The notes under the pieces: model-generated
Told to the model about the DNA's origin: nothing
The model's input: the letters and a program-made list of their open reading frames with translations, nothing else
The model's database searches: none
Virus record (IMG/VR): IMGVR_UViG_3300002061_000002
Span: 1-32,187 of that record
Direction: 5' to 3' (one strand)
From: a virus
Length of the DNA: 32,187 nucleotides
Translations under genes and position numbers: made by a program
Shown here: piece after piece, positions 5,475-13,118 of the stretch
Position numbering within the stretch: position 1 is the first letter of the stretch
How the letters are laid out: each line of letters starts with the position of its first letter

Positions 5475-6515
5475 TTACTTTTTAAAGACTAATACGTCGT
5501 GGTGTGCGGTCGCTGTGGTTTGTGACTCTACGAGTGCTCGCACTTTGTTGGTAATGGCTACCTCTTTGTTTTTTGCGAATAATAGTACCCGATGGTGTTT
5601 TTGCTCTAGCGTTTCCGGGTGGGTTTGTGAGAAAAAACCATACGGGTGCACTACCACAATCTCCTCGTGTAGTTTGTACCCTGCGGTAGTCATCATCTCG
5701 ACTACATGACTGGCAAGGTGTTGCAACACGCCGTCACTGTCTCTATGGTTGCGTACCTCAATTATAGCATGTCCGTTAAGGTCTAGGTGTTGATAACTTT
5801 GTGCTAAAACGTCAAGCGGTGTCTCGTTATTTACCTCGCAAAACACTATATCTACTCCCTCGTCTGGCTCGGTGACGTACTCGTATCCTAACGTGCTGCA
5901 TACCTCCTCATGCACGTAGTCGTGAGTGTATGGGTTGTGTATCGTAGCTCCGTCTTTGGCGTACCAGCTTGCTAGCACTTCTAGGAGTACTGGGTCGGTG
6001 TCGCTCTTTACGTCGATGTAGTTAAACCACTCTTTTTTACGGTTTTTCCAGTAGGTTTGGTTAGTGTCTAGGATACTAAACGGTGCCACAGTTCGCTTAG
6101 TTAGCAGCTTGCTTTTATCTTGTAGATTCTGCTTGTCTAGCAGTTTGTTTACCTCTTTGTCTTTAAACCCAGTGTAGGCGAGTCGTCCTTTTTCTTTCAG
6201 TTCGGCTAGTAGGTCGGTTAGGCTTCCGTCGTCAAACTTACCGCCAATTTTGTTTAGTGCGATATTTAGCTCTTTCTCGCTATCTTTGTCTAGGTCGAGC
6301 ACTACGCATGGCACCTCTTTTAGGTTTAGCTGCCGGGCTGCCTCGGTGCGCTGGTGGCCGCCTATGATGGTGTTATCTTGGTTTACTATAACTGGGTCAA
6401 TAAAACCGTAACGCTCTATACTGGCTTTTAGTTTTTTCATTTCGGTACTACCGATTTTGCGCGGGTTGTAGTCCGCTTGCTTTAGCTCTGTTATCGGTAG
6501 GTTTTTAATCTGCAT
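5475..6515 (-). CDS. ParB-like nuclease-domain protein fused to a degenerate DNA-methyltransferase-like domain (346 aa)
   Basis: The N-terminus has DYNPRKI...GGHQR, the ParB/Srx fold signature. The C-terminal half follows the layout I recall for ParB-fused N6/N4 methylases (FSILDT..YWKNRKKEW, DPVLLEVLASWY, HHRVLLFAK). However, NPYTHDY replaces DPFAGGS and CEVNN replaces the (D/S)PPY motif. Confidence 0.6.
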   Translation of the reverse strand: MQIKNLPITELKQADYNPRKIGSTEMKKLKASIERYGFIDPVIVNQDNTIIGGHQRTEAARQLNLKEVPCVVLDLDKDSEKELNIALNKIGGKFDDGSLTDLLAELKEKGRLAYTGFKDKEVNKLLDKQNLQDKSKLLTKRTVAPFSILDTNQTYWKNRKKEWFNYIDVKSDTDPVLLEVLASWYAKDGATIHNPYTHDYVHEEVCSTLGYEYVTEPDEGVDIVFCEVNNETPLDVLAQSYQHLDLNGHAIIEVRNHRDSDGVLQHLASHVVEMMTTAGYKLHEEIVVVHPYGFFSQTHPETLEQKHHRVLLFAKNKEVAITNKVRALVESQTTATAHHDVLVFKK

Positions 6516-6927
6516 TATTTTTACTTAGAATATTAGTAATGTTTTTGCGATGTGCGTCGATACGTTTCTGCATTGCTGGGGTTATTGGTTTTTCCTTTGG
6601 TGGTTCTAGTTTCTTTTTGTGTTCGTCTATCTGTAGTTGCTTCCAGCGCTCGTGCCGTAATACTCCTCTTTGTTTACTGTCGTACCAGGTACCGTCGCGT
6701 ATGTACGCCTTTGGTTGTTTTGCGTCTATGTAGGCCTTGTAGTCTTCCTCGGTAGCTATCTTGCTAATATCGACGGCATTTATACCTTGTGGTATGTCAC
6801 GTCCTTTTGGGGTAACAATTAGTCGGCCGCCTTTTATCCATTCCTCAAAGACTGCCTTGTACGTATCTTCTCGGTAGGTTAGCTCGGTGATTGTGCCGTT
6901 GCGCTCGATGATGTAAAAGTATTTCAT
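6505..6927 (-). CDS. Hypothetical protein (140 aa)
   Basis: ORF track. Confidence 0.65.
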   Translation of the reverse strand: MKYFYIIERNGTITELTYREDTYKAVFEEWIKGGRLIVTPKGRDIPQGINAVDISKIATEEDYKAYIDAKQPKAYIRDGTWYDSKQRGVLRHERWKQLQIDEHKKKLEPPKEKPITPAMQKRIDAHRKNITNILSKNNAD

Positions 6928-7346
6928 ACCCCTACTATTTCACAATAAGCCTGGTAAAATTCCTCGCTTTGGTTCTCTCCGTCTTTGGTGAGGTTGTAGT
7001 CTAGCCAATGGTCGTCGTCAAAGTTAATACAAATTGACAGTCGTTCATGACGTAAGCATACATTGTCTAAATCACCCCAAGCACTCTCTATCCCCCTCAA
7101 CCAATGCTCTAGGTGTGGGGTGTGTCCGATGATTTTTTTAATTACTTTTCTGTTTACCTTTCGGTCGCTATCAATACAGTTGTAATACGGGCCATCAGTA
7201 ATTTTATTATCTAAGATAGGGTACTCACGATCGATAACCTCTCTACCTATATCGTGGTGCAATTCAATGACACAACCTCTACCCAACTCCATCAGCTCTG
7301 GGCAGACATTTCTAACGTGGTCTAGGGCTTTTTGTTTGTAGTTCAT
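6924..7346 (-). CDS. Hypothetical protein (140 aa)
   Basis: ORF track. Confidence 0.65.
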   Translation of the reverse strand: MNYKQKALDHVRNVCPELMELGRGCVIELHHDIGREVIDREYPILDNKITDGPYYNCIDSDRKVNRKVIKKIIGHTPHLEHWLRGIESAWGDLDNVCLRHERLSICINFDDDHWLDYNLTKDGENQSEEFYQAYCEIVGV

Positions 7347-7501
7347 TTTATTTTACGTTTACGTACTGGGTCGTACTTGGTAAGGTGCCAGCCTCCGGTG
7401 TTCTCGTCGTAGTAGATGCGTAGGTATTTTACCCCCTCTCTCATGCGTTTGTTTCTGGCTGTCTGTGCGTCTTTCTTGGTTTTGTATAGATACTTCCCCA
7501 T
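7343..7501 (-). CDS. Small basic hypothetical protein (52 aa), not in the ORF track
   Basis: Manual translation gives MGKYLYKTKKDAQTARNKRMREGVKYLRIYYDENTGGWHLTKYDPVRKRKIK*. It has a TAG-T-ATG junction upstream and an ATGA overlap downstream. Confidence 0.5.
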   Translation of the reverse strand: MGKYLYKTKKDAQTARNKRMREGVKYLRIYYDENTGGWHLTKYDPVRKRKIK

Positions 7502-7502
7502 A

Positions 7503-8180
7503 CTAACCTTGTATAACACTAAAACTTTTCTGATTCTGTTTAGCTTGGTCTTTTTTCTTTCTACTCCAGCTAAGTACTACGGCGTAGTAATCTGTGTATG
7601 GTTTGCCGCGTTTGTTTGGTATATACGTACTCACTTGGTCGATAAGGTCGTCTCGTACTTCCGGTGTAAGTTTGTCACCTAGCTTGGTGTACTCCTCCTC
7701 GCTTAATTTGACGTTACCTAATTCACCATACACACCACGCACTACTTCTATACTCTTATCTTCTCTACTCTCCTCTACTCTTATCTTATCTTCTCTAGCG
7801 TGACGGGCGTCACGTAAGGGTGTGTTGCTCTCGTCACGTTTCCTGTCTCTGTAGTTTTTCGACCTTTCGGCGCTAGAAAGCTGGCTATTTTGTCGTTTTT
7901 CGTAGTTTTTTATCAGTAAGTCTGTGTCGTTTACGTAGGCTACTAGGCCTGCGTTTTCGAGTCTTTGGGTAAACCCCTCGGCTCGTTTCCTGTCATTATC
8001 TTCTAGCTGTGTTAGTCGTATAATCGTCCGTTCATCGTAGTGTGACACTACCCCGTTTCGTTCGTCACGTTGCGACGTGACGCATAGTAGGGTGATGAAA
8101 CATAATCGGTCTATAGGGTCTAGTTGTATTATCTTTGGGTCACCTAACCATTTATGGTAGTAAAATTTAAACCATTCCAT
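7503..8180 (-). CDS. Replisome organizer / DnaD-like replication initiation protein (225 aa)
   Basis: The N-terminus, MEWFKFYYHKWLGDPKI..L....R..FI.LL, matches the phage replisome-organizer/DUF1376 style. The C-terminal part is DnaD-like (YTDYYAVVLSWSRKKK). The gene contains iteron-like repeats. Confidence 0.55.
   Translation of the reverse strand: MEWFKFYYHKWLGDPKIIQLDPIDRLCFITLLCVTSQRDERNGVVSHYDERTIIRLTQLEDNDRKRAEGFTQRLENAGLVAYVNDTDLLIKNYEKRQNSQLSSAERSKNYRDRKRDESNTPLRDARHAREDKIRVEESREDKSIEVVRGVYGELGNVKLSEEEYTKLGDKLTPEVRDDLIDQVSTYIPNKRGKPYTDYYAVVLSWSRKKKDQAKQNQKSFSVIQG
7744..8082. repeat. Candidate replication-origin repeats inside the organizer gene
   Basis: A G-free tract at 7744..7797 contains the direct repeat TACTCTTATCTT(ATCTT)CTCTA twice. 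CGTCACGT occurs at 7808, 7832 and 8063, and its complement at 8075. There are palindromes at 7799..7814 (CGTGAC GGGC GTCACG) and 8063..8082 (CGTCACGT TGCG ACGTGACG). Confidence 0.4.
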
Positions 8181-8205
8181 TGCATACTTGTTATTTTATA
8201 ATGTT

Positions 8206-8664
8206 CTAATTATCACCCTCGGGTGTTTCGTTTGGCAAGGGGATAACTAGGTCTAGGTCGGTAGCCGCCCAGACTCTTACGCGTTCTACGTACTCCTCAA
8301 ACTCGATAGTATTTAGCGCCTCTGTACTGCCTCCCTTGGTTATTTCGGGGCTAAACTCACTTGCTACTGGGTTATGTAGTATTTTCATCTCCTCGTGTAT
8401 TTCCTGGGGCGTGTGGCCTGTGTGTGCTGCTATGTCAGCCACCACTACCGCCCAGTAGTAACCGTTCTGGTTACCACGCTTTGGATCGGCTCCGGTGCTT
8501 CGGGGCTTGTAGTACTTTTTGCTGTATATCCAGATTTTATCGCCGGGCTGGTAGTTGTTGTCTAAGTATATCTGCCATGCGGCTGGGTAATCGAGGCGAC
8601 TCTTTAAGGTGCCGTTTACCGTGTCGATAGTCGCTATAAAGCTGTGCATGTTTTTAGTACTCAT
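8206..8664 (-). CDS. NinB/Orf-like recombination mediator-type protein (152 aa)
   Basis: PRS...GNQNGYYWAVVVADIA..TGHT..EIHEEMK and STEALNTIEFEEYVERVRVWA parallel lambda NinB (RS.DQN..LW...GD... and STS....EF.ELLE.I.AF). This comparison is from memory. Confidence 0.45.
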   Translation of the reverse strand: MSTKNMHSFIATIDTVNGTLKSRLDYPAAWQIYLDNNYQPGDKIWIYSKKYYKPRSTGADPKRGNQNGYYWAVVVADIAAHTGHTPQEIHEEMKILHNPVASEFSPEITKGGSTEALNTIEFEEYVERVRVWAATDLDLVIPLPNETPEGDN

Positions 8665-9419
8665 ACTTTAAATAGTTTTTTTAGGTCGCGTTCTTTTTCT
8701 AGTTTTTTAAATACATGCTCGTATTCTTTACCTGCATGAAATTTATAGTGGCACTCTATACACACTAGTATTAGGTTTCTGTCGTTATGTAGTTCCGGGT
8801 GTCTAGGGTACTGGCTAGCAAAATATATATGGTGTACTTCATGTCTCGCTGTACCCATAGCGTTTATTTTGCATACTTCGCAAAAAGCGTACTCATGCTT
8901 CTTTATAAATTGTTTTCGGTAACGTCGGCACTCGTTTAAATGCTTATATGCTACTTTACTTTTACGGTTCTGAAAATTAGCGTGTGTATATTTTCCATTT
9001 TTAAAGTTAGGGTTATTTTTACCTACTCTTTTTTCTGCGTTGTATTTATACTGGCACTCTAGGTTACAAAACTTAGTTACATATAGTGCATTACCCGTAA
9101 AACTTTTACTGCATTGTTTACACTTTCTCTCTACTATTTTGTTTTTTCTCCGGTCTTCGCTTGCTTTTGTTATCTGCCTGGTTAGCTCGTAACTACAATC
9201 TGGGCTACAAGTTTTTTTATTTGTTTGGGTTCCACTAGTTATAGTAAAACTTTCGCCACATATCTGACATGCTTTTGTTTTAGCTTTAAAGCCGTAGTTA
9301 TCTTTAGCTGCACATTCTTTATTACAGTATTTTCTACTGCTCATTCTGCTAGGCGGTACTCTAAACTCGGTTTTACATACCTTACATTTTTTAGTTTTTA
9401 TGCTATATACTTCTGGCAT
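8661..9419 (-). CDS. HNH endonuclease with three N-terminal CxxC...(F/Y/T)C(S/N)xxC zinc-ribbon repeats (252 aa)
   Basis: The repeats are CKVCKTEF..YCNKEC, CQICGESF..TCSPDC and CKQCSKSF..FCNLEC. The C-terminal HNH core is HEVHHI....HNDRNLILVCIECHYKFH. Confidence 0.8.
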   Translation of the reverse strand: MPEVYSIKTKKCKVCKTEFRVPPSRMSSRKYCNKECAAKDNYGFKAKTKACQICGESFTITSGTQTNKKTCSPDCSYELTRQITKASEDRRKNKIVERKCKQCSKSFTGNALYVTKFCNLECQYKYNAEKRVGKNNPNFKNGKYTHANFQNRKSKVAYKHLNECRRYRKQFIKKHEYAFCEVCKINAMGTARHEVHHIYFASQYPRHPELHNDRNLILVCIECHYKFHAGKEYEHVFKKLEKERDLKKLFKV

Positions 9420-9423
9420 AGGC

Positions 9424-9855
9424 TTATTCTGGTGGCTCCTCGTTATCCATTTCCTCGTCGTGCGGTACCTCGCGTCCGTCTTCGGTTGGGTCGTCTAGGT
9501 CACTGGTTACCTCAACATAATTTTTAGCCCCTGCCTTTTTTAGCTCCATGGTAATAACATTACCGGGCGCGAAACTACCCATACGTTGTATTAGGTATGT
9601 AGGCTCGTTATTATCATCATTTAACTTAGTTTCGTAGCGGTGTGGCTTGCCGTCTAGCAGCACGTTGTACCGCATGTAAAACTTTTCCTGGTTGTCTTTA
9701 GGGTCAATCTTCTTAATTATTTTGTCGTCTACTAGCTCTACTGTTTTAGCGCCTAGGGCTTTTACGCCTCCTCCGGGTAGCTTTTCCCCTAGCCGTAGCT
9801 TAGGGTATAGCTTTGCCTTGGCTAGTATTTCGGTTGTGTTTTTTAGTCCGTCCAT
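9424..9855 (-). CDS. Possible single-stranded-DNA-binding or annealing protein (143 aa)
   Basis: It has a strongly acidic C-terminal tail (DDPTEDGREVPHDEEMDNEEPPE), as in many phage SSBs. It lies between the nuclease and the HNH/NinB genes. No diagnostic motif was seen. Confidence 0.3.
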   Translation of the reverse strand: MDGLKNTTEILAKAKLYPKLRLGEKLPGGGVKALGAKTVELVDDKIIKKIDPKDNQEKFYMRYNVLLDGKPHRYETKLNDDNNEPTYLIQRMGSFAPGNVITMELKKAGAKNYVEVTSDLDDPTEDGREVPHDEEMDNEEPPE

Positions 9856-9857
9856 GG

Positions 9858-10028
9858 TTATAAATTATCTTGTAAGCTAACTAAGCTACGCTCTACGTTA
9901 TCTAGTTCGTCGTAGGCTTTTTCTGCATTTTCTAGTGCTGCTTTTGCCTCGGATATTGCGTCGGCTGCCCATTCTTTTGCTGTTGTTACTTCTTCCAAGA
10001 CACTAGTTATTTCGTTTGCAATGTCCAT
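9858..10028 (-). CDS. Small coiled-coil hypothetical protein (56 aa), not in the ORF track
   Basis: Manual translation gives MDIANEITSVLEEVTTAKEWAADAISEAKAALENAEKAYDELDNVERSLVSLQDNL*. It has a TAG-T-ATG junction upstream and a TAA-CC-ATG junction downstream. Confidence 0.5.
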   Translation of the reverse strand: MDIANEITSVLEEVTTAKEWAADAISEAKAALENAEKAYDELDNVERSLVSLQDNL

Positions 10029-10029
10029 A

Positions 10030-10974
10030 CTACTTTTTGTTAGTAACTTTCTTTTTTGGTTTTGGGTCTACTACTGGCTCTGTCGGTGTAGTTTCTACCT
10101 CTGCTAATGGTACGTCGTCGGCTGTTACTTCTGCCTCCATGGCAATAATAGGTAAATCACCTAAGTTAATCTCTATCGGGTAATCACGCTGGTGCACAGT
10201 CACATTACTACATTCATTTTCCCAGATAGTCTTAGCCGCTAAGTATAGGTCGTACTTGTAAGTCATAGGTGTATACTTCCACCCACGTTTATTACGCTTG
10301 TAGCCTATCTGCAAAATAGCTATCTCTGCTATCTCGGTTCCAGCTAGGTCTAGCGCTCGTTTATAGGCACTTAGTTGTAGCTCATGCTCTGGCCATGTGT
10401 TCTGTCCACTTTTTAGGTCTACAATAATGTTTTTGCCGTCTACGTTTAATACCAGGTCGACCGTTCCTGCGTAGTTATCCTCGTCATTCCATACAGTAAT
10501 TTCGCTAGCTATTACTGATACTTCATGTTTGCTACATAGGTCTTTATACCAGTCGGCAAACGTCATAATGCCGTAGTATTCCTCTACAGTTAGTGGTCGA
10601 ATTTCACCCGTTTTTACATCGGTGTACTCGCCATCCATTTTTATAGATTCTCCTGCTAGTAGGTCTTCTGCTCCTTTGTGCATAGCACTACCTTTACTCC
10701 CGGCAGCGTCTTTAATAGCCTGACTTTCGTCCCAACCTTTTTTAGCCAGCCATTTAAAAAACTCTACTCCTTTTGGGTACTTACTCGTTACCCACGTCAC
10801 GCTTGGTACGTAGTCGTAAGTCGGTAGTTTAGTTTTAGGGTCTTCTCCTTGTTTGCAGTACCATCGTTCGTCGTATGTAGTGACTTGGACAATACCTCGT
10901 TTTTCATCAACTGTGCGTACTTGTTTTTCCATTTTTAGTTTTAATGAATTTGATAAGGTCGCTACCTTTAACAC
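10030..10974 (-). CDS. PD-(D/E)XK (RecB/Cas4-like) nuclease. The start is uncertain: GTG at 10974 or ATG at 10932.
   Basis: GTVDLVLNVDGKNIIVDLKSGQ matches the D...(D/E)xK core. The downstream QLSAYKRAL is the QxxxY motif typical of this family. Confidence 0.7.
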   Translation of the reverse strand: MLKVATLSNSLKLKMEKQVRTVDEKRGIVQVTTYDERWYCKQGEDPKTKLPTYDYVPSVTWVTSKYPKGVEFFKWLAKKGWDESQAIKDAAGSKGSAMHKGAEDLLAGESIKMDGEYTDVKTGEIRPLTVEEYYGIMTFADWYKDLCSKHEVSVIASEITVWNDEDNYAGTVDLVLNVDGKNIIVDLKSGQNTWPEHELQLSAYKRALDLAGTEIAEIAILQIGYKRNKRGWKYTPMTYKYDLYLAAKTIWENECSNVTVHQRDYPIEINLGDLPIIAMEAEVTADDVPLAEVETTPTEPVVDPKPKKKVTNKK

Positions 10975-11152
10975 GTATCGTGGTACCTTTGCCCTCGCCT
11001 AGAATTAGGGCATTTATGATACGCTCCTCCTCGGGTTTGTTACTGTCCTGTTGGACGAGCATACGTAGTGTTGGGTAGCTGGTTGCGAATGGCACCATCT
11101 TATGTCGTGCCACCTCGCTTAGGCTGTAATATTTTTCTTCTTTGATTTGCAT
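10907..11152 (-). CDS. Small HTH DNA-binding protein, excisionase/MerR-like (81 aa from the ATG at 11152)
   Basis: YYSLSEVARHKMVP is an HTH-like N-terminus. It is the first gene after the palindromic promoter. The ORF-track start at 11170 is TTG. Confidence 0.5.
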   Translation of the reverse strand: MQIKEEKYYSLSEVARHKMVPFATSYPTLRMLVQQDSNKPEEERIINALILGEGKGTTIRVKGSDLIKFIKTKNGKTSTHS

Positions 11153-11174
11153 ACTTGTTTTTAGTTGCAATACA

Positions 11175-11197
11175 CTATTTGTATCACATACAAATAG
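11175..11197 (-). promoter_or_regulatory. Early promoter with a perfect 23-bp palindrome, CTATTTGTAT-CAC-ATACAAATAG. The extended -10, TGATACAAA, is at 11178..11186.
   Basis: Palindrome read directly. It shares the TGTGATACAA core with sites at 12663 and 15154. It is intergenic, 23 nt upstream of the ATG at 11152. Confidence 0.55.
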
Positions 11198-11215
11198 ATA
11201 CCGCCAGTGGATAAC

Positions 11216-12649
11216 TTAACCCTTATTTTTAGCCACAATTTTACGCACCAGGTCGGCGGTAATATCTCCTCCTGTGGCTTCTCCTCCCTCTAATATCTCG
11301 TCAATTACTTTCTGTTTTACCTCTAATAAATCTGCTATGTCTTGGTCTACTGTATTCTCGGCTAAGTAGTAGTGTACGTTCACTTGTTTGTGCTGCCCGA
11401 TACGGTGCGCCCGGTCTTCTGCCTGTGCGTTTTGCGCTGGCGTCCATGCCATGTCGGCAAACAAAACAGTATTAGCAGCGGTGAGGGTGAGTCCTACTCC
11501 GGCTGCTTGTATGTTGCCGATAAATACAGGGGTATCTCCCTCCTGTATAGCGTCTACTGACGCGGTACGGCTCCTCATGTCGTCGCTACCAGTTAGCGTA
11601 ACGCTCTTTATCTTTTTAGCTTGCAGCTTACGTTGTAGCGCACTAATTGTATCGTTATACCCACTAAACACGAGTACCTTTTCCCCCTGCTCTACAATCT
11701 CTGATATGTCCTCTACCATGCGGTCTATCTTACCTGTGCTGGCTAGTTGTTTAAGTTTTCCTAGTTCGATAAGGTGTCGCGCCATCTGTGCGTTTACCAT
11801 TTTACGTTGACTGACTTTTGGGTCACTTTCTAAATAATCAATATAGTTTTCCCACGCATCGTTGTATTTTTTACGGTACTCGTCTGATAGCTGGACGGAT
11901 ACGGTGTCTACAATCTTGGCTGGTATTTTGTCCCCTAGTTCATCTTTGGTGCGACGTAGATACACGGGCATTAGTTTTAGAGATAGCTCGTTTAGGTTGC
12001 TAGCCCCGGTAGTTTTTAGAAACTGCATTTTACGTTTTACAGGCTTACCGTACTTATCGGTAATAACTCGCCCTCGTGAGTCGAGCATATTTTTATAAAA
12101 AACAATTTCTTGTGCGTCGCAATACCGGTGTACAAACTTCCACCAGCTTTGCCCTAACTCATGGTCTATGGCTTCCAGTAGGGTAAATAGCTCCTCTGGC
12201 CGGTTCATTATCGGGGTACCAGTTAGTAGGTACAGGTGCTCTAGCTGTTTTGCTAAACGTAACGCTGTTTTCGTTCGTTTTGTGCCTTTGTTTTTGATGT
12301 AGTGCGCCTCGTCGTATATACCTACCTTGGCACGTAAATTATCTATATGACGCTCAAGAATATCATAGTTGATTATCGACCATACAATATCGCCGCCATC
12401 CTGATACGTGTAAGCCTTACCACCGTCGTATATATTGACGGTATCTGTTACCCCGGCTGCTACAATCTCTCTCGCCCAGTTTTCTTTTAGGCTAGCAGGG
12501 CATACTATTACTTTATCTAAATGTACAGTGTTAGCAGCTAATATAGCACTGTAAGTCTTACCCAAACCCATGCAATCGGCTAATATAGCTTTTTGTTTTT
12601 CCCGTAAAAAGTCGCGGGCTTTTTCTTGGTGTTTAAATGGTGTTCTCAT
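11216..12649 (-). CDS. SNF2/RAD54-family DEAD/H helicase-ATPase (477 aa)
   Basis: Motif I is DCMGLGKT, motif II IYDEAHYIKN and motif III LLTGTPIMNRPEELF. Motifs V and VI are GNIQAAGVGLTLTAANTV and QAEDRAHRIGQ. Confidence 0.93.
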   Translation of the reverse strand: MRTPFKHQEKARDFLREKQKAILADCMGLGKTYSAILAANTVHLDKVIVCPASLKENWAREIVAAGVTDTVNIYDGGKAYTYQDGGDIVWSIINYDILERHIDNLRAKVGIYDEAHYIKNKGTKRTKTALRLAKQLEHLYLLTGTPIMNRPEELFTLLEAIDHELGQSWWKFVHRYCDAQEIVFYKNMLDSRGRVITDKYGKPVKRKMQFLKTTGASNLNELSLKLMPVYLRRTKDELGDKIPAKIVDTVSVQLSDEYRKKYNDAWENYIDYLESDPKVSQRKMVNAQMARHLIELGKLKQLASTGKIDRMVEDISEIVEQGEKVLVFSGYNDTISALQRKLQAKKIKSVTLTGSDDMRSRTASVDAIQEGDTPVFIGNIQAAGVGLTLTAANTVLFADMAWTPAQNAQAEDRAHRIGQHKQVNVHYYLAENTVDQDIADLLEVKQKVIDEILEGGEATGGDITADLVRKIVAKNKG

Positions 12650-12662
12650 GTCGGTATTTATA

Positions 12663-12685
12663 TTTGTATCACATATATTTTATCA
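12663..12685 (-). promoter_or_regulatory. Early promoter upstream of the SNF2 gene, with extended -10 TGATACAAA at 12663..12671
   Basis: The minus strand has ATATATGTGATACAAATATAA, 13 nt upstream of the ATG at 12649 and directly after a terminator. Confidence 0.5.
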
Positions 12686-12690
12686 CGTAA

Positions 12691-12721
12691 GGAAAGAAAG
12701 TACCCCTGTGTATAGGGGTAC
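12691..12721 (-). terminator. Intrinsic terminator
   Basis: The minus strand has GTACCCCT ATACAC AGGGGTAC followed by TTTCTTTCC. The stem is a perfect 8 bp. It lies 22 nt after the stop of ORF 12744..12899. Confidence 0.7.
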
Positions 12722-12743
12722 AGTTTTATGCTCGATAGTCGCC

Positions 12744-12899
12744 TTATTTTTTAGACTCTATCTCGTTGCGACGTTCTATGTCCCATAAGTTGGCGCACGT
12801 AGCCGAGCAAAACATTTGGCCAAACTTTTGGTAAAACCATCCGTTACGCTTATCCTCGGGGGTAATTTCTTCGCGACAGTGTTTGCATTTACAAGCCAT
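12744..12899 (-). CDS. Small zinc-ribbon protein with the CxxC...FCSxxC motif (51 aa), not in the ORF track
   Basis: Manual translation gives MACKCKHCREEITPEDKRNGWFYQKFGQMFCSATCANLWDIERRNEIESKK*. The upstream stop abuts the start as TGA-ATG. It is a paralog of 12900..13118. Confidence 0.6.
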   Translation of the reverse strand: MACKCKHCREEITPEDKRNGWFYQKFGQMFCSATCANLWDIERRNEIESKK

Positions 12900-13118
12900 T
12901 CAGTGCTCCCGGTGCAAGATTGGAACGTATGTAAGGGTACGACGCCATTTGTTGCGGCACGCTTGGCTGCAAAAATGATCTTCGTGCGTCACGCTTCCGA
13001 CGCGGATAACGCCAGGGATACGCTGGCTGTACGGAAAAGTATTGTCACATTCACCGCACGTCGTCTGCCCTAGCAGTTCGTCGTCGCTCGGTGGTAGGTC
13101 AATCGGTAGTTGCTGCAT
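12900..13118 (-). CDS. Small zinc-ribbon protein with the CxxC...FCSxxC motif (72 aa)
   Basis: CGECDNTF...HFCSQACRNKW, the same module as the repeats in the HNH protein. Confidence 0.6.
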   Translation of the reverse strand: MQQLPIDLPPSDDELLGQTTCGECDNTFPYSQRIPGVIRVGSVTHEDHFCSQACRNKWRRTLTYVPILHREH

